This document shows positions 12,101 to 23,341 of a stretch of DNA of 64,000 nucleotides, piece after piece. The translations under genes were made by a program, and so were the position numbers. Origin of the DNA: Vitrella brassicaformis CCMP3155 (Eukaryota; Protista; Chromerida); contig CDMY01000624.1 of the NCBI GenBank assembly GCA_001179505.1, positions 247,519-311,518 of the forward strand, given 5' to 3'. Position 1 is the stretch's first letter; every line of letters begins with the position of its first letter. The notes beneath the pieces were generated by a model that was given only the letters and a program-made list of their open reading frames with translations, was not told the origin of the DNA and made no database searches.

Positions 12101-12240
12101 ACAAGGCACGGATCAAGCGGGACCAGGAGCCGCTGGAGCTGCGGCCGGAGGGCTACCTGTGCGAGCAGTGCCAGACGGAGGTCGTCTTTGCCGGGTCGAT
12201 GGACGAAGTGCTGCGGTGGATCGGCCAGCCATTCACATGA
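6170..12240 (+). CDS. Large spliced gene (~1510-1550 aa): N-myristoylation motif, unique beta-propeller-like region, ankyrin module (A3), coiled coil, low-complexity linker, RING-HC
   Basis: In-frame GT-AG chain: 6170-6288, 6376-6479, 6567-6672, 6776-6869, 6964-7110, 7281-7511, 7591-7642, 7730-7824, 7916-8371, 8451-8615, 8689-9409 (probable extra intron 8825-8932), 9508-11017, 11103-11183, 11261-11320, 11383-11508, 11587-11724, 11799-12240. Starts MGNEQSS; WD40-like VADLCFSRDGQVLFAAIKPNHIVAW; ankyrin GVDIKAVDIGERTPLHYAAGCG; RING CIIC...PCRHMHICHKC...CEQC. The propeller call is weak. Confidence 0.7.
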
Positions 12241-12449
12241 CTGACTGACTGACTGACTGACAGCCAAAGATGCCCGTCAGTCAGTCAGACGGCGACAGAG
12301 ACTGACTGCATCGGCGATGGGGAGAGAGCGGCGGGAGGGTGTCAATGACTCTGACTGACAGGTAGATGCATGACATGAGTGGGCTGACACAATTCATTGG
12401 CTGGGCTGCATTGAGATAGATGAGCTTCATACGAACGAACATGAGTGTC

Positions 12450-13105
12450 AAGTAATGACATGCGCCTCTCAGTCATCACACAGACAGACCTTTACCGAAA
12501 GCAACTCATCCAAAGTGATTGGGGCTTACTGCGGCTGAATGATTGGCACCCGACGAACCCTGTGGACCCACCTAAGGGTTCCTTTGCACTCCTTCGTCGA
12601 CCTTTCAGGCGATCGATGCGAGCCTGAAATAGGGCGAGAAGGGACGATTTTGTTTCGTCTTGGTGCAGCAATGGCGGCACAATGAGGACCTCTGAGCAGA
12701 CGAGTCCGATTGTCCATCGCTCAGCCGCTTCCCGTGTGCGGATTCTGCCATTGATTGAGCCTCGCCAGCATTGAGCCCTGCTGCCCGACGGATCACCGCG
12801 CCACGTAGCGGCTTCTCGTCCGACGATAAGTGGGAAGATGCGGCGATTGGCTCACTCACAATCGCACCCGGATGAGCTGTCTGTGTGTCTGTGTGTGTGG
12901 ATGGTATGGCTTCAGGTCTGATCTGCCTTGTCAACAGGCGGACTGATTGCTTGACTGAGCGTCTGTGTGGACAGCTGGCCGTCGACTTATGCCTTTGATA
13001 GGCAAGCACAGCACTGATTGATGCGCACATGAACGCACACACCAGAAAGAGCCATCTCTGTGTCCGTGAGGTTCGTGCAGCTGCCTGTGTGCATCTCAGT
13101 GAGCT
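12450..13105. repeat. Upstream block shared by ankyrin-array units (copy 2)
   Basis: Homologous to 1-416 and ~19290-19794 (e.g. CCTTTGCACTCCTTCGTCGACCTTTCAG is shared with ~19420). Confidence 0.85.
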
Positions 13106-16100
13106 ATGTCGTCTGATCGTCCCGACACCGACATGGCCTCCCCTGCTATGGCGGACGGTGACGATGACGGTGCAGGTGCAACCAGAGCCAAGACGCCGTG
13201 TGTATGTCATCGTGTGATTGCAGACGGTGAAGGGGAGGAGGAGGACCATGGCGGCGCCGGGCACATAGAGGGAGACAATCGCAATGGCGCTGACCGTGGT
13301 CAGTGACCGCACCAAACACAACAGCAGCACGTTCACCTGCTCGGCTGTGTGTGCGTTTGCTGTGTGTGTGCGTGTGTGTAGGTGATGGTGGAGGCGTTAG
13401 CGGTGTGTGTCGGGGTCTCAATGTTAGTGCTGGTGGCGCCAGTTGGCAGCAGGGCAGCGGGCAGAGCCAGGGGCCACAAAGCGGAGGTAAACAATCGCCG
13501 ACACACAAATTGTTAATGAGCCCGTCTATCTGTCTGTCTGTCTGTCCGCTGTGCCGCCCACAGGTCCGCCGCTACCATCTGGTTGGAAGAGCTCCGAGAA
13601 GGAGGTGGTCGTCGTCCGCCTCCCCCCTGGCACCAGTGACGCCAGCAGACGGTTGTCCATGGCCATCATTCGCCGCACCATCACCGACGCACAGCAGGTG
13701 ACCCAGCTCATCGAGCAGAATGGAGCCGACCCCAATGTGGAGCCACGGCTGCGGGTGGCGGGCAGCACGGGTCGCTATTCCGCTTATCCGCTGTTGTCGC
13801 TAGCGATTGACGGCATGACCACGAACAGCGTGCCGTCCATCTGGGCAGGCAACGGCGACGTCGATGATGGCACTCCCGTCGTTTTGCCCATGTGGGAGAC
13901 GCCCGGCCTCAAACTCGCCGTCATGAAGGCCCTCATTGAAAGCGGCGCCGACATCAACACGAGGCGTAGACCCATCCGAGTGGCCATCGCCTCGTGTAAC
14001 CGGGAGGCATTTGGGCTCCTGATGGGCCAGCCAGGTGCACCCCCATTCACACCACTCGCGACACGTAACACACACCATGATGGACGTTCGTCTGTCTGAC
14101 TGTCTGTCTGTCTGGCTGTCTGTCTGTTCCAGGCATCCAGCTGCGGGGGCTCCGCGTGATGGAGCTGCCCGTCACACTGCCGACGGATCAGCCGACTGAG
14201 GAGAGTGAGGCCACCCTGCTGTCCTTCTACCAGCTGCTCATCCAGCGGGACAGCACACTCGCAGCCGAGCGGTCACCAAATGGCGGCAATCCAATGCATT
14301 GGGCGGCCATGACGCCTCCGGTTTGGTCCCAGCAGTTCATCGAGAACTACATCGACCTGCTGGTGGCCAACGGGGCGGACATCAGGGCCGTGGACAACGA
14401 TGGAGTGACGCCATTGCACTACGCGGCCTTTCATGGTTCCCACTGTGTCGCTACGTCTCTCTGCCGCCGTCTCACCGCTGCTGACACCCAGACACCCCTT
14501 GCCGTTGCCACCATACAGCTCGATGAGGTCACCCAACAGCTGCAGGACGACACCACGGGGCAGGCCGTGAGGGACCAGGCCAGCATCCGGATCCCCAACC
14601 TCAAGACCACCATCCGTGTGCTGCTCCAGGCGGGCGCTGACATCGCCATCATCCCCACAGCCACAGAGGAGGACCGCCGTCGTCAGCAGCTGGTGTTGGT
14701 GGAGCGCACGGCAGCGCCCAACGAGCTGCCCATTCCCGAGCCGCGCCCCGCTACAGAAGCAGCGCAAGAGCGGCTGCAAAAGATGAAGGAGCACCGCGAC
14801 AAGCGCAAGGGCCGGCAGGCCACACGAGAGGCCAACGAGGCCCCTACAGCGGCCGACTTGGCGCGGCAGCAGAGGGAAGCCGACGCCAAGATGGCGGCCC
14901 TCATCAGAGAGGAGGAGGCGGCAAAGAAGAATAAGGAGGCAGGCAAGAAGGGTAAGGATGACGATGCAGGTGCAACCAGAGCCAAGACGCCGTGTGTATG
15001 TCATCGTGTGATTGCAGACGGTGAAGGGGAGGAGGAGGACCATGGCGGCGCCGGGCACATAGAGGGAGACAATCGCAATGGCGCTGACCGTGGTCAGTGA
15101 CCGCACCAAACACAACAGCAGCACGTTCACCTGCTCGGCTGTGTGTGCGTGTGTGTAGGTGATGGTGGAGGCGTTAGCGGTGTGTGTCGGGGTCTCAATG
15201 TTAGTGCTGGTGGTGCCAGTTGGCAGCAGGGCAGCGGGCAGAGCCAGGGGCCACAAAGCGGAGGTACACAATCGCCGGCACACAAATCGTTGACAATCTT
15301 CTCTCTCTCTGTCCGTCCGCTGTGCCGCCCACAGGTCCGCCGCTACCATCTGGTTGGAAGAGCTCCGAGAAGGAGGTGGTCGTCGTCCGCCTCCCCCCTG
15401 GCACCAGTGACGCCAGCAGACGGTTGTCCGAGGCCATCATCAGCCGCACCATCACTGACGTACAGCAGATGACCCAGCTGATTCAGCAGCATGGAACCGA
15501 CCCAAATGTGGAGCCACAGCTGCGGGTGGCGGGCAGCACGGGCGGCTATGCAGCTTATCCGCTTCTGTCGCTGTGCATCGACAATCTCACGGACAACGGT
15601 GTGCCGTCTATATGGGCAGACGTCGGCGATGGCCAGTGTCCCGTCGCCATGCCCACGTGGGAGACGCCCGGACTCCAGCTCGCCGTCATGCGAATCCTAA
15701 TCCAGAGAGGGGCGGACATCAACAGGGGTGCGGGAGTGGCTAGACCCATCCGAGTGGCCATCGCCTCGTGTAACCGGGCCGCCTTCGACCTTCTGATGGG
15801 TCAGCCAGGTACACACCCATTCACAGCACTTACCACACCTGACACAAACCATGATGTTCGTCGGAACGCCTGTTTGTCTGTCTGTCTGTTCCAGGCATCC
15901 AGCTGCGGGGCCGATTGGTGATGCAGCTGCCGTTCACACTGCCGACCGACCAGCCGACTGAGGCGCACGAGGCCATCCTCCTGTCCTTCTACCGGCAGCT
16001 CATCCAGCGGGACAGCACACTCGCAACCGAGCGAGACGCCGATGACACCAATCCGCTGCATGGTGCGGCCATGACGCCTCCCGTCAGGTCCCAGCAGTTC

Positions 16101-18782
16101 ATCGAGAAGTACATCGGCCTGCTGGTGACCAACGGGGTGGACATAGCGGCAGTGGACATTGATGGGTGGACGCCATTGCATCTCGCGGCCTTTCATGGTT
16201 CCCACTGTGTGGCTGCGTCTCTCTGCCGCCGCCGTCTCACCGCTGCTGACATCAACAGGGGGCTGCCAAATGAACCCACCCAGACATCCCTTACCCTCGC
16301 TGCCGTGCGGCTCGATGGCGACACCCAACAGCTGCAGGACAACACCACGGGGCAGGCCGTGAGGGACCAGGCCAGCATCCGGATCCCCAACCTCAAGACC
16401 ACCATCCGTGTGCTGCTCCAGGCGGGCGCTGACATCGCCCTCATGCCCACAGCCACAGAGCGAGACCGCCGTCGTCACAAACTGGTGCTGGTGGAGCGCA
16501 CGGCGCTGCCCAACGAGCTGCCCATTCCCGAGCCGCGCCCCGCCACCATCGAGGCGCAGGAGCGGCTGCAGAAGCTGAAGGAGCACCGCGACAAGCGCAA
16601 GGGCCGGCAGGCCACACGACAGGCCAACGAGGCCCCCACAGCGGCCGAGTTGGCGCGGCAGCAGAGGGAAGCCGACGCCAAGATGGCGGCCCTCATCAGA
16701 GAGGAGGCGGCCAACAAGAAGGAGGAGGCGGCTAAGGCGAAGGCGGGCAAGAAGGGTAAGGGCAAGCGGGGCAAGGGGCAGCACAGCGCAACACCCGCCG
16801 CCGGCAGTCCGCCGGGTGGCGAAGACGACCAAGCGGATAGCACTGGGGCAGCGGATGACGACCAGCCAGCTTCCAACGATGAGGACATCGACGCCCTCCT
16901 GTTGGGGTCAGCCTTCGCCCAACGCGCCGTCGAAAGCCATGCGCAGGCCATCAACCAGCACAAGGCGGCCCCCACCAAGACCCAGCCAGCTGCCCACCCC
17001 AAAGGATCGACTCATCCCCCCTTCTCGCCCTCTCCGCCCCCCACAGCCAAGCAACAGGCCACCCTGCGGCCTTCAGCCGATAAGTCTCGATCCCACCAGC
17101 CCCACGATCGCCCTCTGCTCTCTCGCCCCAGCGGTGTGTCGATGGCCCACCAGACGCCGGGCGAGGAGCGGCTGATGGGCCCATCGGCAGGCAGCAAGTT
17201 GGACAGAGGCAGCGGGCTGGGCCTCTCTGGTGCTGCATCATCCCTGTCGTCTCGGCCGGCCCCTCCCCCTCCCCGTCTGCCGTCAGCTGTGGAGCTGTGC
17301 CAGTCGGGCAAGCGGCGACCGTTTGTGTCGTCGAGTCCCTCTCACCCGCCCCCACCCTCTCGGCCCCTGCCACCTGCACACAGACCGGCGAGCGGTGCCG
17401 ATGGGTCATTTCCCCCTCCAGCGCATGCGCCACAGCAGCCGTAAGGAGACAGACACAGAGAAGGGGGTGGATTGGAGGGCACAATGAATGGCGTTGGTGC
17501 GTGTTGTCGTCTCTCTTTGTATCAGTGACGACTTGCTTCCCTCCTCGTCGAGTGTGGATCGTCCGTCGCGTCACCGGGGTCCTCCGCCACTCGTCAAGTG
17601 TCCCAAGTAGGGAACAGCCAGGCCGACATCAGGACACCTCACGCACACATCGGTGGGTGGTTATCGTGCATGTGTCTTCTCAGGTCGTCTGGAGCTTCGT
17701 TGAGCCACGATGACGCCCGTCCGTCGCCATTGTTTGAGCTGAGGTGCGCACACACGACCAACACACGCCACATAGGTTCCTCCGAACCTCCATGTTTGTG
17801 CTGTATTGTGTCAGGTCCGCGGCTGATGCATTTCCGTCCTCCAGTAGCTACAACGGTTCCAGTGCTGCACCACCAGCTCCAGCAGCAGCCGCATTCGCGG
17901 CACCATACCAGAACCCACTAGGGTAGGCAGGCACACCAACACACACACCACGCCCCACACACCGGCGATGGTGTGTGGTCAGGCCATTGGATGATGATGA
18001 GGGTGGACAGGGAGCCTCGGCTGCGGCTGCTGGTGGTGTGAATGATAGGTGGGTGGCACACATACATGGACATTGACGCACCCATGGGACGGATACCATT
18101 CCGATGCCTTACCGTGTCTTCGTGTGTGTGTGTGTGTGTGCAGTGTGCGAGTGTCGTCACGAGAGGCTGAGCTGCAGCGGCAGAGGGACGAACTCGCCAG
18201 GCAGCTCGAAGAGACCCAACGAAGGTACGCTGGGATGCTCGCTCCCCTCTGCAGCTCACACACACACACACACACACGTGTTATGATGCGATTGATGCAC
18301 ACAGGCTTGCCGAGCTCACCACCACCTCCTTTCAGCAGCACAAGCCGTCATCGTCCGGCAGCTCGAGTGCCCCACCACCGCTACAGCAGCCCCCCCAGCA
18401 GCAGCAGCAGCATCAGCAGCAGCAGCCACTGGCAGCGGCCCAGCCAGAGGGAGATGGGCGTGAGTGTGCCATCTGCCTCGACGCGCCCCCATCGGTCATG
18501 TACATGCCCTGCAGACACCTGCGGCTGTGTCGCCACTGCTATGACCACCGCTGCAGCAAGTGGCGGCGGGACCTCCAGCAGGTGCGGGCCGAGAATGCGC
18601 GGCGGCGTGAGGAGAACGAGGGCATCAAGAGACTGAACGAGGGCCGCAAGAAGGAGAAGAAGATACCACTGGTGGAGCTGCTGGACGAGCCGAAGTACCT
18701 GTGTGAGCAGTGCAAGACCAAGGTGGTGTTCGCCGGGTCGCGCGATGAGGTGCGGCAGTGGGCCGATCAGCCCATCACATGA
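13106..18782 (+). CDS. Tandem-fused double ankyrin cassette (A4+A5) with C-terminal RING-HC; predicted 1543 aa, 15 exons
   Basis: In-frame chain: 13106-13175, 13224-13298, 13382-13486, 13564-14034, 14133-14969, 15018-15092, 15159-15263, 15335-15808, 15895-17440, 17526-17606, 17684-17743, 17815-17922, 17983-18048, 18144-18224, 18305-18782 (4632 nt). RING CAICLDAPPSVMYMPCRHLRLCRHC...CEQC. Could instead be two transcripts. Confidence 0.7.
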
Positions 18783-19139
18783 CATTCCTGCCCGCCTGCC
18801 AACAGACATAGATGTGGGAGATGGCGGGAGGGAGGGGTGGCCTGACTGTGTGATGAATGTTCATTCACGTCTGTCTTCTGATGGCATGCACTGCATGAGT
18901 GGATCCGATCGTCGCTCCCCCTTGTCCCCCTCCCTCCCTCACTCCCTCCCCATCACATCCATGCATACCACACGTGTCAGCATGACATTGACATCGACAC
19001 AGCCAGGCCAGCATGACATTGGTTGGTATCGATACGAGGGAGGCCCACATACATACCAACACGGCAGAGGGGGTTGGGAGGGAGGGATGCCGCGTAGCCA
19101 GGCGGCCGGCAGCCAATAACTATGCCTGCCTCTTGTCAC

Positions 19140-19794
19140 TGGATGGATGGATGGATGGATAGGAGGCAGGCCAGCAGATGGACAGGTATACCTATCAGTC
19201 AGTGTGAGTCACTCTCATGATGTGTTCACTCAGTGGCACCCATCCAGTCGAGGGTCACCGACGTGAATGCGGTGATGGAGGGCTCACCTGCTGACACACA
19301 GACACATGGGGATCCAAGCGACCTGATCTCTCACCATGAGCAATTCATCCAAAGTGAGCGGGGCTCACTGCGGCCGGATGGTTGGCTCCTGACGAGTCCT
19401 GTGGGCCTACCGAAGGGCTCCTTTGCACTCCTTCGTCGACCTTTCAGCCGATCGATGCGAGCCGGAGAGAGGGAGAGAAGGGGACGACAGAATCGTCGCA
19501 CGTAGCGGCTTCTTGTCCAACGGTGAGTGGCAAGATGCGGCGATTGGATCACTCACAAGCGCGCTGACGACCTGTTTGCTGTCTGTGTGTGTTGGCGGTC
19601 TTCAGGTCTGCCTTGTCGACGGGCGGACTGGTTGATTGACTGAGTGTGTGTGTGCGGCTGGCTGTCACCTCATACCTTTGATAGGCAAGCACTGGTTGAT
19701 GCACACACAAATGCATCAGATGCCTGCAGGCCCTTATCTGTCTGTGTTTATGGTCTATGGTGCAGCTCTCTGTCTGTCCGAGTGAGTGAGAGCG
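19140..19794. repeat. Type-I 3' flank remnant (19140-19270) joined to upstream block copy 3
   Basis: GGCAGGCCAGCAGATGGACAGG...GAGTCACTCTCATGATGTGTTCACTCAGTGGCAC matches ~4625-4700 and ~2765-2835, then runs into the shared upstream block. Confidence 0.8.
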
Positions 19795-22702
19795 ATGTCT
19801 GGTCGTCCCGACACCGACATGGCCTCCGCTGGCCCGGCCGACGGTGGCGATGGCGATGAAGGTACACTCAACTCAGACAAATGCAGCACGTCACACACGC
19901 AGCATCATTGCCAAAGGTCGTGTGTGTGTCTGTGTCCGCTTCACCGTCTTTGCAGAGTATGCCGAGCAGCGTGGCGGCGGTGACGAGCGGCGGCCAATGG
20001 ATGTCCAGGAGGGCCAGGAGGGCCGTGCGGGCGATGGTGCGGTGGGCCATGTCGTCATGAGGCAGAGGAACAACGCCTCCACGACAGAGCCCTATCAGAT
20101 GCCATCGCCGGTACCCCAACAAACAAGAGCACCGCGACAGACAGACAGACACCTCCACGCACTCTCTCGTACGTGTGTGTGTGTGTGTCATCGGCTGTCC
20201 CGGCAAATGGCAGGACATTCATCTCACGGCCAGCGTGGCGGATGGGCCACAAGCAGCATCGGCAGCAGCATCGGCAGCAGGGGTGCAGGAACCCTCATCT
20301 AGCTATACAGGTAGTCAATGAATGCACCACAGCCAGCCTGACGCACCACGTCGTCATTGCCTGGGTCGTGTGTGTGTGAATGTGTGTGAAGGTGTAGCTG
20401 TAGGTGTTGTGAAGCGTGTCGGCTCTCCTCTGGAGCGTGAGGAGCATAAGAGGGCCAAGGGAGACGGCCAGACGCACCAACCTGCCGCCAAGGTGCCAAA
20501 TGCCCAGCAGCCACAGGTGATTGCATGCCTCCTCTGCTCCTCAGCCAGCACCAGCACACGATGATGGCATGGCTGTGTTGTGTTGTGTATGGTGGTGCAG
20601 CGTCCCCCCGCTCCCCATCCTGCTGCTGCTGGTGTTGGTGTCCTTCCATCCGCTAGTCCGACGCTGGGCGGCCATGCGCATCGCCCACCGCAACCGCCCC
20701 GCGTCGGAGGGGGCGTGAGCAGCACTGCTGGTGGGGATCTCGGTGTTGGTGCTGGTGCTGGTGAGGGTGCCTCTGATGGGCAGCAGGGCCGACAGAACGG
20801 AGGTCGGTGAACGAATCACCCACCACCAACACACACATATAGCACCCTCCCCTGTGGATGCTGTGCCACCCACAGGTGCACCGTTACCCCACGGCTGGAA
20901 GAGCTCGGAGAACGGCGTCGACGTCCGCTTCCGTCGTGGCACCAGCAACGCCAGCAGACGGCTGTCCGAGGCCATCATTCGCCGCACAATCACTGACGAA
21001 CAGCAGATGACCCAGCTGATTCAGCAGAATGGAGCCGACCTCAATGTGGAGCCACGGCTGCGGGTGAAGGGGACCACGGGCGGCTATGCAGCTTATCCGC
21101 TGCTGGCATTGTGCATTGACAACCTCACGGACAACGGCGTGCCGTCCATCTGGGCAGGCGACGGCGATGACGAGTGTCCCGTCGCCATGCCGCTGTGGGA
21201 GACGCCCTCCCTGCAGCTCGCCGTCATGCGGCTGTCATCGAAAGCGGTGCCGACATCAACGCGGGTGAGGGGGACCATACGCCCATCTTGGTGGCCATCG
21301 CCTCGTGCGACCGGGCCGCCTTCGACCTCCTGATGGGCCAGCCAGGTGCGCACCCATTCACAGCACTCACGACACGGAACACACACCATGATGGACGTTC
21401 GTCTGTCTGTCTGCTCCAGGCATCCAGCTGCAGGAGGTGATGGACCTGCCGCTCCCATTGCCGACGGACCAGCCGACTGAGGAGAGCGAGGCCATCCTGC
21501 TGTCCTTCTACCAGCTGCTCATCCAGCGGGACAGCAGCCTCGCAACCGAGCGGTCACCAAACGGCGGCAATCCGCTGCATTGGGCGGCGATGGTGCCTCC
21601 CATCTGGTCCCAGCAGTTCATCGAGAACTACATCGACCTGCTGGTGGTCAACGGGGTGGACATTGCCGCCGTGGACGACAATGGACGGACGCCATTGCAC
21701 TTCGCGGCCATCAGCGGTTCCCACTGTGTCGCTGCCTCTCTCTGCCGCCGTCTCACCGCTGCCGACATCAACAGAGGGCTGCCGAACCTCCCCACCTACA
21801 CAGCCCTCACCCGCGCTGCCCGACAGCTCGATGGCAACACACAGCGGCTGCAGGACAATGACACAGTGCCGGCCGTGAGGGACCGGGCCACGAGACGGAT
21901 CACTCACCTCCAGACCACCATCCGTGTGCTGCTCCAGGCGGGCGCTGACATCGCCCTCATGCCCACAGCCACAGAGGAGGACCACCGTCGTCGCCAGCTG
22001 GTGCTGCCCGAGTACACGACACTTCTCAATCAGCTGCCACAGGCCGTTATGACGGCCGTCAACGCCGCCCTGCGACCCCAGCGCGAGATGGCCGACGCGC
22101 TGACAGAGGCACTCCACAATGCCACCGCCCAGCAGCTCAAGGCCGCCTTCCCCTCCTTCGACCCGTCCCGCCCCTCGGTGCCTCCTCCCCCCTTCCCCCC
22201 ACACGTCGACCCGGAGCCCTCCTGGCAAGACGACTACATGCCCTTCGCCAACAAGGACATGTCAGCCATCGCCTGGCGCGTGGCGTCGTCCTTTGTCAAC
22301 CCATCGGTGCTGCAGCAGAGCCCCCGCCCCGTCCAGAACGTGACTGAGGTCGGCCGCCGCGTCAACGCTGCGATGGCGCGGTTCGTGGAGGCCGCCGCAT
22401 CGCTGCAGGTGGTGGGCAATGAGGAGGTGGTGGGCGGGACGACCAATGTGGGCGGCGACAGGGTGCGGGTGCCGCAGCTGCAGTGCTTTGCCGTCAGGTG
22501 GCAGCATAGCGGGCAGCACCGGCTGATGGAGTTGCGTGAGGTGGTGCAGCGGGCCATCCTGGACGAGGCCGCCAGATACGACGGGCTACCGGCCAGCATC
22601 GACAACGGCTTCACCAAGGACGTGGCGGCGTTCGAGTGGCAGCAGCTGGGGTACGTCGACGAACGAGGGCAGTGGGTGACACTCGGCATGCAGTCAGTGT
22701 GA
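19795..22702 (+). pseudogene. Ankyrin-family copy A6 (type-I-like C-terminus) with a 1-nt frameshift at ~21230
   Basis: Starts MSGRPDTDMAS; module exon from 20876. ATGCG-GCTGTCATCGAA lacks one G relative to A1 (ATGCGGGCTCTCATCGAA), giving TGA at 21333. The downstream exon to 22702 is intact with ankyrin repeats (GVDIAAVDDNGRTPLHFAAISG). A sequencing error cannot be excluded. Confidence 0.65.
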
Positions 22703-23341
22703 GTCACTCTCCTGATGTGTTCACCCAGTCGCATCCATCCAGTTGTGTGTCATTGAGGCGAATGCCGTGGTAGATGGCTCACCTTCTGCCTGCCTGCCTC
22801 TACATAGCCAGAGACGGCGGCAGGGTGAGGTGCGTTTAATGGTGTTGACTGAATGAGCTCACGTGTTGGTGCTGCTGGATGGATGTGCTTGTGTGCGGTG
22901 ACTGGACGGACGGCAGGCCGGCAGGTTTTGATGTGTGCATGCCGCCCTCCAGTCAACACTCGCTCCACCCAACACCATTGGCAGAAAGGGCGGTGCTCTT
23001 CAGGTCGATGCAATGGACCCTTCTCACTCACAGGACGCCTCACAGGTCAATGAGTCCATCTATCTCATGACCATGACCACCTGAGAGAACAGATGAATCA
23101 TGACACACAAAATGAGATAGATCTGCGCCATCAGATGAATGACTTTGCTTACCACGGTGCATCATCACCACGAAGAGCCCACTGCCGCCCTCCTCCCACC
23201 GATCGACTCCGCGCTGCGAGCTTGAAAATACCGAAAGCTCTTGTAATTCGGTGTATGTTCCTGCGCTGCTGCGAGACCAGAGAAGGCACCGCCCAGGAGA
23301 GAGAGATCCGCGTCAAACAACAGCGCCACGCCGCCGCCGAG

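Noticed and set aside
889-22734. Long antisense ORFs over the ankyrin genes (e.g. 9192-10631, 14273-15349, 15801-16832 minus)
   Set aside because: Shadow ORFs of GC-rich coding sequence; no motifs, and they follow the sense exons exactly.
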